Source: Chrysomallon squamiferum (taxonomy: Eukaryota > Animalia > Mollusca). From it: a stretch of 64,000 nucleotides of DNA. Shown one piece after another: positions 30,346 through 43,611 of this stretch (positions are counted from its first letter, which is position 1; each line of letters begins with the position of its first letter). The stretch is taken from assembly GCA_012295275.1 (NCBI GenBank), contig CM022679.1, positions 23,188,001 through 23,252,000 on the forward strand, given 5' to 3'. The notes under the pieces were generated by a model, which ran no database searches, had not been told where the DNA came from, and worked only from the letters and a program-made list of their open reading frames with translations. The position numbers and the translations under genes are program-made.

Positions 30346-31520
30346 CAGTTATTTATAATTTTAATTTAGTTTATATCTGGCGATACAGAAATCCAGATAA
30401 GAGACAGTTTACCAGATCTCAAACTGGTGAAAATGTTATAGAACAGTAAATGATTGAGTTACATATATGTATGTGTAAAAGTTTTGTTTTAAGATTTAAA
30501 GCGCAATGGAATCTAGATACGGATAGATGCGTCGTTTTTCTCAGTTTAGAAAAATCAAAACGGGAATCAAATTCTATTAAAGAACTAAAAACAGTAAATG
30601 ATGGTTAACTAAAAAAAAGGAAGATATATTAGAAAAAGCTTATGAATTTTATTTTAAATCATATAGTCAAGAAAACGTGGATGTTATTAAACGGGAAGAA
30701 ATAATAAATTCAATAATCAAATAAACTAAAGGAATCTGAAATTGAAAACTGTGAGAAAGACATTACAATTAACGAATTAAAGAATGCTTTAAAAGAAATG
30801 CATAGAAATAAATCACTTGGAATGGATGGTCTAACTGCTGAATTTTATGTTAAATTCTGGGAATATTTGAAAAATTTGTTTCATCAAATAGTAGTGTCAA
30901 TTCAAAAAAAAAGAAATATTGTCAAGTTGTATGAAAAAAGAAGTAATTAGTCTTACAACAAAAAGGAGATAAAGCAGACCTTAAAAATTTCAGACCTATT
31001 CGTTTTTTAAACGTAGATTATAAAATTATTTCTAAAGTTCTTGCAAATCGTCTTAAACAGGTTATTAGAAATATTATTTCATCAGAACAAACCTGTTGTG
31101 TAAAAGGAAGAGATGTTACTGATAATATTATATCAGTAAGGGATGTTACAGAGATTGCTGAGTTAAATAATATGAAGGGTATATTGTTAAAACTGATCAA
31201 GAAAAAGAATGTCACATAGTTTTATTTTAAACATTTTGAAAAAATTAAATTTCGGTGATATATTCATAACGTGGATTAGAATACTCTATAAAAGTTATGT
31301 CAAGATTAATGCATATTTAACACCTTTCTTCAGTATTAGTCGATTTCATTTATATTGTAGCTGAACCCTTCAATAATTTAATTAAAAAAAGAAACTGATT
31401 GAATGGAATTATAATAACAAATGAATTTAAATCTTTATTATTTCAGCATGCAGATGACACTAGTATCACATAGATATACTGTCAGTGATGTTCAGTCTGT
31501 TGAAATAGTTGCTAATACTA
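30346..31520 (+). mobile_element. Degenerate L1/Tx1-clade LINE ORF2 fragment (paralog of 20591)
   Basis: NKSLGMDGLTAEFYVKFWEYLK, NFRPIRFLNVDYKIISKVLANRLK, FQHADDT. Confidence 0.9.
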
Positions 31521-31554
31521 AAATATGTATTGTTGTTCTAATGACAATAATGAC

Positions 31555-31573
31555 AACGGCAACAACAACAACA

Positions 31574-31613
<40 letters not shown>

Positions 31614-31745
31614 GAAGAAGAAGAAGAAGAAGAAGAAGGAGAAGAAGAAGAATAACAACAGCAAGAACAACAAACAACAACAGCAACAATAGCAGTGATG
31701 ATGATGATGATGATAATGATAATAGAAACAACAACAACAACAAAG
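31555..31745. repeat. Compound trinucleotide microsatellite (AAC/AAT/AAG/GAT)
   Basis: Seen directly; source of spurious poly-I/R/N/D ORFs. Confidence 0.95.
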
Positions 31746-32344
31746 AAAAATGCTGGAACAATAGAGATAATGTTTTGTGTTTTGTTTGTTTGTTTGTTGG
31801 GTTTTTGTTTTACTGTTAACGCAGTTCTATGAAAAAAATCAACTTTCACTTTTCTTCAGATCTGTCCTCGTTATTTTTCGTTTAAATTCGGTTTCATACT
31901 ATATGAATAACTTGTCAACTATCAAATGATGTCAGTTGGCTAAAGAAAACCCGCATTTGTGGGTCGTATTGGCGAAAGAGGCTTAGTTTTCATTTCATAA
32001 TTTAAAAGCAAAATTAAGTTCCTTAAGTATTTAAATACATTTTAAAAGAGATTCATTGTACCGCAAGAATATTTCAGATGTCGTTAACATATAAATGCAT
32101 AAATATAATTTTGAATTTAATAATAATTATAATAATTAAATAAAACAAAATAAAATAAAATAAAATAAATGTGTGAAAGAGGAAAGAAAATAAAGGATAA
32201 AATAAAACACATTTTCATAATCTAAATTTATGTAGCTTCAAAGGAGAAACCATCATGGAATATTTGCTAGACTGAGAGGTTTCTGTCCTTCTATTTTCTT
32301 AGCTTCTTCTTCATCTCCTCCTCCTCCTCCTCCTCCTCCTCCTT

Positions 32345-32375
<31 letters not shown>

Positions 32376-32399
32376 TTATTATTATTATTATTATTATTA

Positions 32400-32441
<42 letters not shown>

Positions 32442-33591
32442 AGTAAACCTTGCCTAAGTCGTCACTTTCGTCACTGTCTTAGAGATATGACGAGTAATGT
32501 TAAGTCGCCAAATGACAACCTATTATACAACAGCGCTTATTTAAGCCGAGCTTTGTTCATGTATCTCACCTCTGTGCATATCATTATCAGACGAAACCCG
32601 TTTTTCAGATTGGAGCGCCGGTTCCTAAAGTAGTATGTCAATCCAACGCAGCCACACACGAGGCAAGTCACGTGCTTATCAAACTTCCAACGCACAGCTC
32701 ATATCTACATCCGTGTCAATAGCTTAATATAAGCGGGTCAATTGTGTTTCGACGAAAAAAAAATTAGATTTTTCCTGGAAATTGTGTCTGTGTATTGTTG
32801 ACATGCCAGCAGTTGCTGAGGAATTTCCCACTGACGACTCAGAGCTAGAAACTAACAAGGTTTAAATGTTGCTTAGGACCAAGCGTCAGGTAACGATTTA
32901 GATGTTTCGACGACTTAGACTGTGTTTACTGTATTATTTTTATTATGAACAGAAATAAAATATGATACAACAACAACAGTTGTTCACCTTTCTTCTCTGC
33001 AACATATATAAAATCGTTTATGGATATAATTATTTATGTGATTGTATGTACGTAAATATATGCCTGTACCTAGATAAGTGTATATGTATGTTTATAGACA
33101 AGGGTATGGATAAGTATAAGTATGTATGTGTGTATTTAAACAAATATATATGTCTTTGTGAGCGCGTGCAGGTGTTAATGTGTCCCCTCTTTGTGTGTGT
33201 GTAATTATGAATGTGTATGCATCTGCTTGTGTCTGCATATGTGTCTGAATCTGTGTGTATATGTGTTTCTGCGTGTGTTTATTTACGTATATAATATTAT
33301 ATACGTAAGTAAGCATTTATATTTGTGCATGTTGGTGTTTTCGTGTGCGTATTAGGGCTCATGTGTTGTTTTTTTGTGTGTTTCTTTATGTGTGTGTGTG
33401 TTTGTTTGTTTTTGTATTTAATTTAAGTTTTAGCTTTAGTTTTTCTGTGTACCTTGTTTTATTTCTTTTATTATTTCTTTCTCTGCATATCTTTGATGTT
33501 CGAACCTATCCACTTATATTTGATTGAATGCAAAATTGTTTTATATTTGTACATTTAATCTGCTTGATTTTAATATATGTATATATGTATG

Positions 33592-33625
<34 letters not shown>

Positions 33626-33991
33626 TGAATGTATGTATGCAAAATTAACATATCATTAGTGCACAATTAAAATCAATATATCGCGCAATATTTTAATATA
33701 TATAATGTTTGGAAAAGTATTTATTATATTAATTATTAGAACTGTGTAAAGAAAAACATGTTTTTGATTATTGTTCTTTATTTGTATATATATATTTATT
33801 TATTATTATTATTATTATGTTGTTGTTGTTGTTAACTGACATATTGTCATTTTATTTATTTATTTATTCATTCATTTATTTGTTCACTGTCTCTAAATCC
33901 ATTCTGAATATGAACATTGACACGTACACTTATACATATGGACACATATATACATATCCACTAAATCCATATTCCCATACATTCTTGTTTT

Positions 33992-34052
<61 letters not shown>

Positions 34053-34201
34053 ATAATATAGACATACATTCAGACGTAACCTCATCCATACACATAGATA
34101 TCTGCAAACATATAGGTATAGACGTACCGTATGTAAGTGTGTATGTATGTATATATGTATGTATGTAAACATGAATATATGTTTGCAGTCTCTCTCTCTC
34201 G

Positions 34202-34283
<82 letters not shown>

Positions 34284-34746
34284 TTGTCTGTATGTCTGGA
34301 CGTCTGGATGTACATATATACATACATAAAGACAGACAGAAGATAGATATATGGATACATCTACACCTACAAACTTAGACATAGACACTAACACACATAG
34401 ATCCATACATATTCAAGTACACAGGATTCACAACATGTTGCAGTGAACGAAGGGTGACAACTCTTATCGTCTTACATGTGTATGTCCTACATGTTGTTAT
34501 AATAACTTCTGAGTTGATGTATTTCTAAAGATCTAATTTATATTTGTCCTATGTGTGTTGTATGTGGTGTGTATGTATGTAAACACGTACATTTGTTAAT
34601 GTGTTTTGTTTTCCCAGATAACTATAGAAAGAGATAAAAATCATCAGCTTTCTCTATATATTTCTGTTGCATGTAAAACAATATTTTCTGATAAATGTTC
34701 GAGATACAAAAAAGAACTATATCTCATCGCCTACAGTGTGAAATAT

Positions 34747-35010
34747 AGAAATGTTTTATTTAACAACGCTGACAAGATCTTTTCATCTGCGTGCTTATTG
34801 CGTAATGTAAGAATTATGTTTGAGTGTCATACGAAAAGAAACCAGTTGTAGTTGATTAGGTGTATAGAAATGTTCTATATGCACCATCTCATAGACAGGA
34901 AAGCTAATGACATGATATTTATGTATTGGGCAACAGTCTGAGAAGGGAAATTAGAAGGATAGATCCTTCTGCCTACAGCTCCTTCTAAACCCACATGCTC
35001 CCGACTGATA
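34747..35010 (-). mobile_element. Degenerate tRNA-derived SINE remnant (gastropod-type)
   Basis: GAAATGTTTTATTTAACAACGC ... TATATGCACCATCTCATAGACAGG ... GGATAGATCC resembles the antisense of a common gastropod SINE (recalled, not searched). Related pieces at ~49075 and ~56755. Confidence 0.5.
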
Positions 35011-37176
35011 GATAATATTACCTATTATCAATGAGTTATTACCCGCTTAGTAGCCATAATTGTAATAATAATACGAATAGTCTCTTTGACTATACGCGTT
35101 TTTTTGCGATAACATGTATTTGCATTAGTTTTTATTAATGAAGATCTTAGAGTTCTGTGAACAATGGGTCAGTTTCTGCATCAGTTTTCTGTATATTTAT
35201 AACATCTTCGTATCTGAGTAAATAAAAAGATACTGAAAGTATTAAGATAACCGAAGATAATTTACCAACACATATATGCAGACATGCACACGCACATACA
35301 CACAGAAAGCCTGCAGTTTATAACCATCCAATTTCTTACAAATCAGAAAGGAAAAACAATTAACTAAATAAATAAATTAATTAATTAATTAATTAATCAA
35401 TTAAACTGAAGAAAAAAGAAAAAACATTGGTAAATATAATTTACTACACTGTTAGGTCACACCACTTTATCTGTAGTGAAAGAAGTTAACTTTCTATTTT
35501 AAACCTGGAATCAATACGATCCACTCGTCTTTTGTTGTGGACAAATAATGAAAATATATGTATTTCTGTTCAGGGAATATCTAAAGTTCCTGCGATAACT
35601 GTCAAACATTTATTCAAGTTATTCTTCACGGAGATGTACGCTTTTGCCGCATGCTGCTAGCAAATTGTATTTTAATGCTAAAACGTAGAACTTTAGTTTC
35701 CAATGCGCATGTCAATCTGAGCTTAGTGACAGGTAGTAAACACCAAGCTGTTGCTAGAGCCTAAAAATACATTAATTGGTACGGATAAACTGTACGGATA
35801 AACTGTGTATTTCAGTGGGATAGATTTTGGATTAATGGATAGTGATAAAATTTTATAATAAATTAATAAATAATGAAGATGTATACGAACACTTTAAAAA
35901 ATCTATAATAGTGTAAAAGACATCAAATTCCAAAATCCATTTTCCATGGATCTGTATTTTAATTATTATTATTATTTTCAAGAGATATGTTTATCAAATA
36001 AAGTATTGTTTTTATGAAGACCTTAAGAGATGTAGACCTATTGTTAGACATTATGTTAGAGCCCTGTTTCGAATGATCGACGAACATCAGATCATTTCTG
36101 TATAAGAGTTGTCGTTCCTGAATAGGTTCTTTTTTTTTTCTTCTGTTATTTTGATGTTTATTACTGCAGGTAACCACGGAGTGTTGTCTTCCCGAGGTTT
36201 TTTTTTCAAGAATCGGGCTCTACCGCTTCATTTCAAATGGCTATTAAACAATAAATACTGTAGTTATTTGTAAACCTTATTTGATGTGATTCTTCTCTAA
36301 AATGTATAGTAAATTAGCGTAACATTTTGAGCTTGGTACTTCGCCATGGTTTAAAAAACAAACAAAAAAGAAGATAACAAGCACACCAAGCGGCCATTAG
36401 CAGCAGGCAAAAAAAACAGAATTAAAACAAAATTACATAAATAATTTATTGTCGATATGGTGTAGAATCTTGAATTTTATATATTATTTTTAAGGAAGAA
36501 AAGGAGAACTATTTGGTATTGTTGATTTCCCGAGAAATAGGCCTACGTGTACAAAGTCCTCTAATTCATTTAGTATGAATTTAACAATGTAGTTGAATTC
36601 TCGGAAACTACTGCTTGTTTATAACAACGTAGATGCGTTAGTGAATAATAACTGCGATAAGCCACATGAAACTTTTATTTATGACTCATTTATTTAGGTT
36701 AAGTGTTTTCTCATTATAACTTATAAACATTGTCGATATTGTTATTTTCAAAAAATCTGTCATTATTCTATTCTGCTGTTATGAATAAAAGCTAAATAAT
36801 TTAACAATATGATCATTCCTTGACCTCTATGAAAATTAAAAACAATTAACGTAAATGTCTTTTCTTTTCCCTGGCAATTTGCAAACAATCCTGTCATATT
36901 CATATAAAGAATATTTTTGTTTTAATCATTAAGCACCAGTAAAGTGTTTTTCCGAGAAGAGACTTTCTTTCCTCTCGTAACTTGCCAACAATCCTCTCGT
37001 CATATAAAGTCTTGTATTCATATAAAAATTTCATTTGAATCGTCAAACATAAAGTGTTTTAGATAGAGACATAATTTTCTGAACTGAGACTTTCAAAACT
37101 GTTTGCTTCTGTTACGTTAATTATATTGTCTATGGGGGAAGTTTTCTATATTAAACGTTGACAGTGTTTATTAACA

Positions 37177-37994
37177 ATGTTGGCAGCTGCGGAAAGCCTG
37201 TGGTCATTAGTAAGGTTGGTTCGCTTAAAAAGTCAGTTGAAAGTCAAATCGGTCAAAATAATTACAGTAATTCCTAATCGCAATAACTTTCGTTTCACTA
37301 ACTGTTTATACATATAACTGTATTCAATAAATGCCATTAGAGATCGATTTAACTCAGTATAATTAGACTGAATTTAATTTAACTATTATTTGTGTTGTTG
37401 TCATGCGTAACCTCTTTTATTGGACTGTGTAAAGTAGAATATATATATCTAACTGAAGGAAATGTGCTAATCGCACTTTTTACTTTTTTTTTTTTTTTTT
37501 TGATTACGTATATGTTTTTAAATATGTTTTGTCTTACAGCATAAAAAGTATTGAAAATGTTGTTAAGCAACTAACCTCACGATCTGCAAGAATCACAATC
37601 CGTAAGAGAACGAATAAAAAAAATGTTCTGCAGATCACGGAATGTTGAAGGTTCGATAACTTCAGAAGATATGAGTTTGGATGTTAATCCAAACAATGAC
37701 TTACTAATCGTGATTGAAAATCTAATGGATCTCAAGGGCTGTCTGGAATTTCAAATTGGCGACAAAGAGCTTCATTGTTATATTGGTTTTAGTAATCCAT
37801 GTACTGGGAATTACGGCCATTTCATCCATATTGGTAATCAGGATCCTCTACAGTTAGATTTTAAAAATCTGGAAGATGACTCCGCGAAAACTCGAGAACA
37901 TGGGGACTACCAGCTGACCTGTACCTCGAACGAGAATAACTTTACCTACACGTTGTTAAAAAAAGAGAGAAAATCAAAATGCGTTGTGTCTTAA
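37177..37994 (+). CDS. Second aegerolysin/Cry34-like CaaX protein, exons 37177-37214 + 37540-37994; +1 frameshift in an A8 run (error or pseudogene)
   Basis: Exon 1 MLAAAESLWSLV AG|gttggt; acceptor ttacag|C; then IKSIENVVKQLTSRSARITIRKRTNKK. A8 at 37616-37623 needs to be A7 to join the 123-aa ORF ending KSKCVVS*. Confidence 0.72.
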
Positions 37995-39339
37995 AATGAC
38001 ATTATCTGGGATTATTATTTGCTCAGTCAAATCTGTATGGAAAAATATTTTTTAATAAATGTAACATTCCTGTAGCTGTGGAAGCAGATTTCAATATTGA
38101 ACACAATATTATAACTTTAATGGCTGAAATGTAAGTAAAATATAGCAAAACGTCTGTGTTGATCCGTTTTATATCATTTATCATGAATTGTGAACTCTTT
38201 TATAAAAAATATGAAATCCGGACTAAATCAATGGGCAGACTTTATAAGACGAAATTAAAATAAGAAAAACGAAAAACAGAAGCCTGGAAAATATTAAAAA
38301 TGTATATGTCTGAAAGAATCGTTAATAAGATTATAACATTTGTTTGATTATAACCTAATCACAGAATGTTTGATGCAATAAACTATAAATTTTACAAATA
38401 TTTTTGTGTTGTTTCATTTATTGGTGTTTATCATAAATTTCAATTCATTTCATTTCGTTCCATTTTAACAAATCTTTTGTAACCGAAAAAGAAACAACAT
38501 ATCTTTGAACTGTTTCTAAAATGGCCTGCAACGACTACAGTCTATGTCTTAATGAGTCATTCATAATAAATATTGTCTAAAAACTGTATATAATGCATTG
38601 ATGCCTGCTGTTAGATGATATCTCCATACCTTACTGTCTTTGTACAATCGTAGTATTTGATTAAAACAGGGGTTAGAGGAGAGATTTATTTATGAAAATC
38701 CACCTCATTTATGCTGATTTTATGTTGTTTGTTTGTTTGTTTGCTTTTGGTTTTTATTTGTTTTTGTGTCTGTTTTTCTTTATTTCCCGTGAAAACATCA
38801 CCGTTCATGTTTTTAGCATTATATCATACGAAATCTCTGATATGTGGTACAAGAAGAAGAAGAAGAGACAGAGAGAGATTGAGATTAAAAAGTCTTAAAA
38901 TAGGCATTAGCACAACACCTATCTGCCATAGAATAAATTAAAATTAAAGAGAAACATTTTTCTGAATTATATATCTTATCCAGGTACTCTTTATAGCAGT
39001 CGTTAGTTTCAAATATATTATGTACGTTTTCTGTTTCTAATAAATAAATAAACCAAACTTTAAGTTGAAATTGTACAGAAATGTTTTCCAAGTACAATGA
39101 TAGATTATAGAGTACGTAATTCAAGCATAAAGTCCTTGACGTTTGTTACTGGTTGATCAGTGGGTATCTATTTGTGGCTGGGTAATTTGAAGTCACGTTC
39201 TCAGATAATGTAAATTTCTTTGAACGGTTATGTTAAAAGATTTCTTTTCTCTCTCATATACAGATAACATAATTTGAAGGCTGACTTTGCCCTGGATAGT
39301 ACTAAGAGAATTAGAAAGAACATGACTGTATGCCTTCAG

Positions 39340-39376
<37 letters not shown>

Positions 39377-39984
39377 GCGTTCAGTGACTGGGTTTTAAAT
39401 CTAGTATTTTGTCGGCTATTTCCCAAATTTATTCTAAACTTCCTTATTCTTTAAACTCGTGCTATGGACATTATAAATTGAGCAATTTTAGAGTCAGTTA
39501 TTTGATATCTTTGCTAGTTCTAAAGTTTTGGACATTTAAAAATTGTTAAATTTCATAGACTCATATCACAAAATAGTTATACTGTTTCACATTAATAAGA
39601 AAGAAATATACTGAGAAGGATAATTGTATTAATTATTCTACCTATGGTCTATGTATTATTATATAATAATACACCAGCAGTTTCTGATATGTTTGTATTA
39701 TGTTTTTGATTCCTCAGTAAGTTTTAATTGTTTGTTCGTCGTTAGGGTGGTTGCTAACAAAGGCTATGACTCATAAATGTTTTTAGATTAGAGTCATTAT
39801 TTCGAGCACATTCTAAACTGAAGACGATGGGCAGCAGTCATCCCAACGTTCTTATTTTTTCAATGGCTTTCTTTCTTTCTTTATTTCTGTCTTTTAATAT
39901 TCATTATTCCTTTTTTATTAATAATTTGTTAGAACTAACTTGAATTCAGTATAAATTATAATAACAAAAATACTTTTCATGATA

Positions 39985-40015
<31 letters not shown>

Positions 40016-41006
40016 CATGAAACGGAGACACATATGATTTTTATAATTGTTGAAGGTGTTATTATTGTTGTTGTTCATGTCAACTCCTTGATACGTCTGT
40101 GTGTGTATGTGTGTGTGTGTGTTGTAAATTTATTTTAGAATGATGATTCAAACTTTTATTTTTAGCACACACATATCACGCTGGTTATAGGTTACAAAGT
40201 TTTAGAAAATTGAAAGCAAACGGAACGTATGAAAAATAAATAATTAAAAAAAAAAGAAGAAAGAAATAATAAAATAAAAATATATCATTTTTTTCATCAT
40301 CTTAAAACCACTGAATCCTCAGAACCGGCTCTGGGCCCCTCCTCTACGAGTATAGTGAAGCAGTCCCTTGCTCCAACCAACTTGAACGTGCACAATAAAG
40401 AAAAGAAGAAACAAGATATCTAAAACCTGGATTTAAAACAATTGTCTCTAATAACTGGACAAACTAATTTAAAATTTGTTCATGCAACATTTTACTTGTT
40501 TAATGACGCGAAATACACAACGAAATATACACACACACACACACACACACTGAAAAACGAATTTGGCTAAAACGTACTGATGAACTGTATGATACTGTAA
40601 CTTAGAAAGACAACAAAAAAGTTACAAATAAATAAATAAATAAGAGGAAGAAAAAGAAATACAAGCTCACCATATCAAGACCATTCGACATGTCTCCACA
40701 CACTCATACACTACATGTTAAATAAACATAAAACCTTCGTTTCCAATCAGTTTTTGAGTATCACTGTCATAATTTAACAGACGCTGACATTCTGTTTGTT
40801 TATCAAGGCGAGGCGAAACATACTTTTCTGTTTAGTCACACTTTGAGTGCACCCAGTCTGTGTTTTATAAAATTAAGTCAGGTGCAGTCCATGATTTTAG
40901 GTGTGTCATGTAGCAATTTGACGTCAGTAAGTGGACAAAAAGAGTAAAGAAAATAATTTCTAGACGGTTAATTGTTGTTGGCCTACCATACATAATGTAT
41001 ATGTAT

Positions 41007-41066
<60 letters not shown>

Positions 41067-41157
41067 CACAAATATTATACAAATATGTACAATACTACTT
41101 TAGATTAAGGCATTAATAATAAAACTTTCTGTATGAAATGTAGTAAAGTATTACAAT

Positions 41158-42265
41158 CAGTTATTTATAATTTTAATTTAGTTTATATCTGGCGATACAG
41201 AAATCCAGATAAGAGACAGTTTACCAGATCTCAAACTGGTAAAAATGTTATAGATCAGTCAAGGAAAAATTTATGTGTAAAAGTTCTGTTTTAAGATCTA
41301 AAGCGCAATGGAATCTAGATACGGATAGATATGTCGTTTTTCTCAGTTTAGAAAAATCAAACCGGGAATCAAATTCTATTGAAGAACTAAAAACAGTAAA
41401 TGATGGTTAACTAGAAAAACGGAAGATATATTAGAAAAAGCTTTTGAATTTTATTTTAAATTATATAGACAAGAAAACGTGGATGTTATTAAACGGGAAG
41501 AAATAATAAATTCAATAATCAAATAAAATAAAGGAATCTGAAATTGAAAACTGAGAGAAAGACATTACAACTAAAGAATTAAAGGATGTTTTAAAAGAAA
41601 TGACTAGCAATAAATCACCTGGTATGGATGGTCTAGCAGCTGAATTTTATGTTAAATTCTGGGAATATTTGAAAATTTTGTTTCATATAGTACTTAAGTC
41701 AATTCAGAAAGAGGAAATATTGTCACGTAGTATGAAAAAAGGGGTAAGATGTCCAATATAAGTAATGCTTTATGTTATTGTAGCTGAACCCTTCAATAAT
41801 TTAATTAAAAAGAGAAACAGCATGAATGGAATTAGAATAACAAATGAATTTAATTCTTTATTATTTCAGTATGCAGATGATACTACTGTAACTGCTCGTG
41901 ATACTCAGTCTGTTCAATCTGTTTTTAATACAATGAATATGTATTGTAGTGCTACAGGCGCAAAATTCAATGTAGATAAGTTAGAAGTACTTTGTCTTGG
42001 CAAGACCATGAAAGAAAACGTATCTTTTAATATTCCAATATTAATAAATACAGACAGAATTAAAAAGTCTAGGACGAAATAAACCATTATGTGAAAGGTT
42101 CAACTAGAAAAATAAATTAGATAAAATTCGTTATTTAATTAATTTATGGAGTCAGTGGAAACTTACTTTACACAGAAAAGCAGAAGTATGGAATACTTTA
42201 TTAACATCTAGACTGTGGTATATTATTAGCACAATAAATTTCCCAAATTGGGTAGGAAATGAAAT
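41158..42265 (+). mobile_element. Degenerate L1/Tx1-clade LINE ORF2 fragment abutting the RNA-gene array
   Basis: SNKSPGMDGLAAEFY and LLFQYADDTT...ATGAKFNVDK. Breaks at GAAATT|CTGG, where the homologous copy (minus strand, ~22790) continues GAAATTTACAAG. Confidence 0.9.
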
Positions 42266-42482
42266 TCTGGTGCTCTGTGTTGATTGGATGTCCGCACTAA
42301 GCTCGGTATCAATATGGTTTAACTCGCGGAGGCGAGAGAAACCAGGTTGTCTAAGGAGGGACGTAATGGCCCAGGGCGGAAACGCAGCAGGCAAAAGTCT
42401 CCGTGTCGAGTAGTAGTGGGATCGCATCCGAGAATAGGCACTGGTTAGCAGCCTAGACAATACAGCTGAACCTGACCTTTTT
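42266..42482 (+). pseudogene. 5'-truncated 7SL RNA copy lacking the first 82 nt
   Basis: Matches 44535-44751 and is joined directly to LINE sequence; ends in T5. Confidence 0.9.
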
Positions 42483-42841
42483 ATCAAATTTTAGTGTTAT
42501 TTTCCTCTATGCTCTGAGATTTCCATTTAATCCTTTCGAAATAAATCGAAAATTTAAACAGTTATTTTCATTGCAAGCTAATTTTTTGTCTGTCGGGAAT
42601 GCCATCTGGAAAAGAAAAAACAATTATTGTGTTTTATACTGTCATGTTCGCTAATGTGTTAGCTCTGCAGTATTATCGTCTTTCTTTACTTTTTTTTTCT
42701 CCCCTCCGGATGTGCATCTCTGACGTGGTTAATATTTCCCCTCGATTGTTTATAAGAACATTTGTCCGAAACTAATATAATTAACAGAAAATATTTTGAA
42801 AGATTCAATAATAATAATAATTAATAAATAATCAAAACGTA

Positions 42842-42961
42842 ACGTCTACAGCACTTGGTGTTCCCAGGCGGTCACCCATCAAAGTACTAACCGAGCCCTA
42901 CGTTGCTTAACTTCGGTGATGGGACGAGAACCGGTGTTTTCAACGTGGTATGGCCGTAGAC
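42842..42961 (-). rRNA. 5S rRNA gene (variant), copy 1
   Basis: Minus strand reads GTCTACGGCCATACCACGTTGAAAACACCGGTTCTCGTCC...CTGGGAACACCAAGTGCTGTAGAC, a mollusc-type 5S; T4 terminator at 42834-42837. Confidence 0.96.
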
Positions 42962-43089
42962 AGCAGTACATCGAAAATAATCGTATATGTGAATAATTTT
43001 ACGCATCAGGTTAACATATGATTTCTTCCTTCTTTCGTTGTTGTTGATATTATTAGTTTTTTTCCAGTTCTAATTTCTTCGCTACAGAG

Positions 43090-43266
43090 AAAACAAAAAT
43101 AAGCACGTCGATGTAATCACGTGGTTGCACTCCGTATCATCGGTATAGTTCACCGCGCTCGGAAGACTTCGGCGAAAATGTGCATTCTCTGTATTAAACG
43201 GATCGACAATCGGAAACTGAATCAAGACCAGAACATACCTCCACGTCAATCCGTGTTATTCTTCTC
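43090..43266 (-). ncRNA. Candidate unassigned structured small RNA (also ~45360-45536 and ~47627-47803)
   Basis: TATAAATA on the minus strand at 43296-43289, 30 nt before a G at 43266. The 5' and 3' ends are complementary, there are internal hairpins, and the segment ends at ATTTTTG. No family recognised. Confidence 0.35.
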
Positions 43267-43568
43267 AATTCACTGATACAATGGCAGTTATTTATACATG
43301 TACCAATAATCCACATCCCTTTGTTATGCACTGAGTGCAAGACTCAAACAGTGACGTTACGTCATTTCATTGTCAGTGAATATAGTAACGGTGCTTAGTG
43401 TTTCGAAGAAGTTATTGTTCACCTACATTATTGCTATAGTCGTTATAGGGAATTCCCCAGTTACTGTATGTGTTACAATTATTCTTACTATTATTATTGT
43501 TATTGTTGTTGTTCTTCTTCTTGCTGTCCTTGTTGTTATTATTATGATCATAATTATTCTTCTTCTTC

Positions 43569-43611
<43 letters not shown>

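Noticed and set aside
42200-42300. Tx1 LINE site-specifically inserted into 7SL
   Set aside because: The junction falls inside ORF2 rather than at the element's 3' tail, there is no TSD, and the same LINE fragment exists in paralogous units without 7SL.
42558-42610. U7-snRNA-like arrangement in the unit: ACAGTTATTTTCA can pair (with 3 G-U) with the putative HDE, followed by AATTTTTTGTCTG
   Set aside because: The Sm-like site does not match AAUUUGUCUAG, the spacing is long, the 3' hairpin is very weak, and such pairing arises easily in AT-rich DNA. An RF00066 search would settle it.
43110-43200. U6 snRNA call from TACAGAGAA and GATGATACG words
   Set aside because: Lacks AGATTAGC, the ISL and correct spacing. 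U6 is too conserved for this to be a true copy, so it is kept only as an unassigned candidate.
42708-43318. GGATGTG ... CACATCC pair resembling the 7SK terminal helix
   Set aside because: About 600 nt apart, spanning an antisense 5S gene and several T-runs; the paired GAUC motifs are missing.
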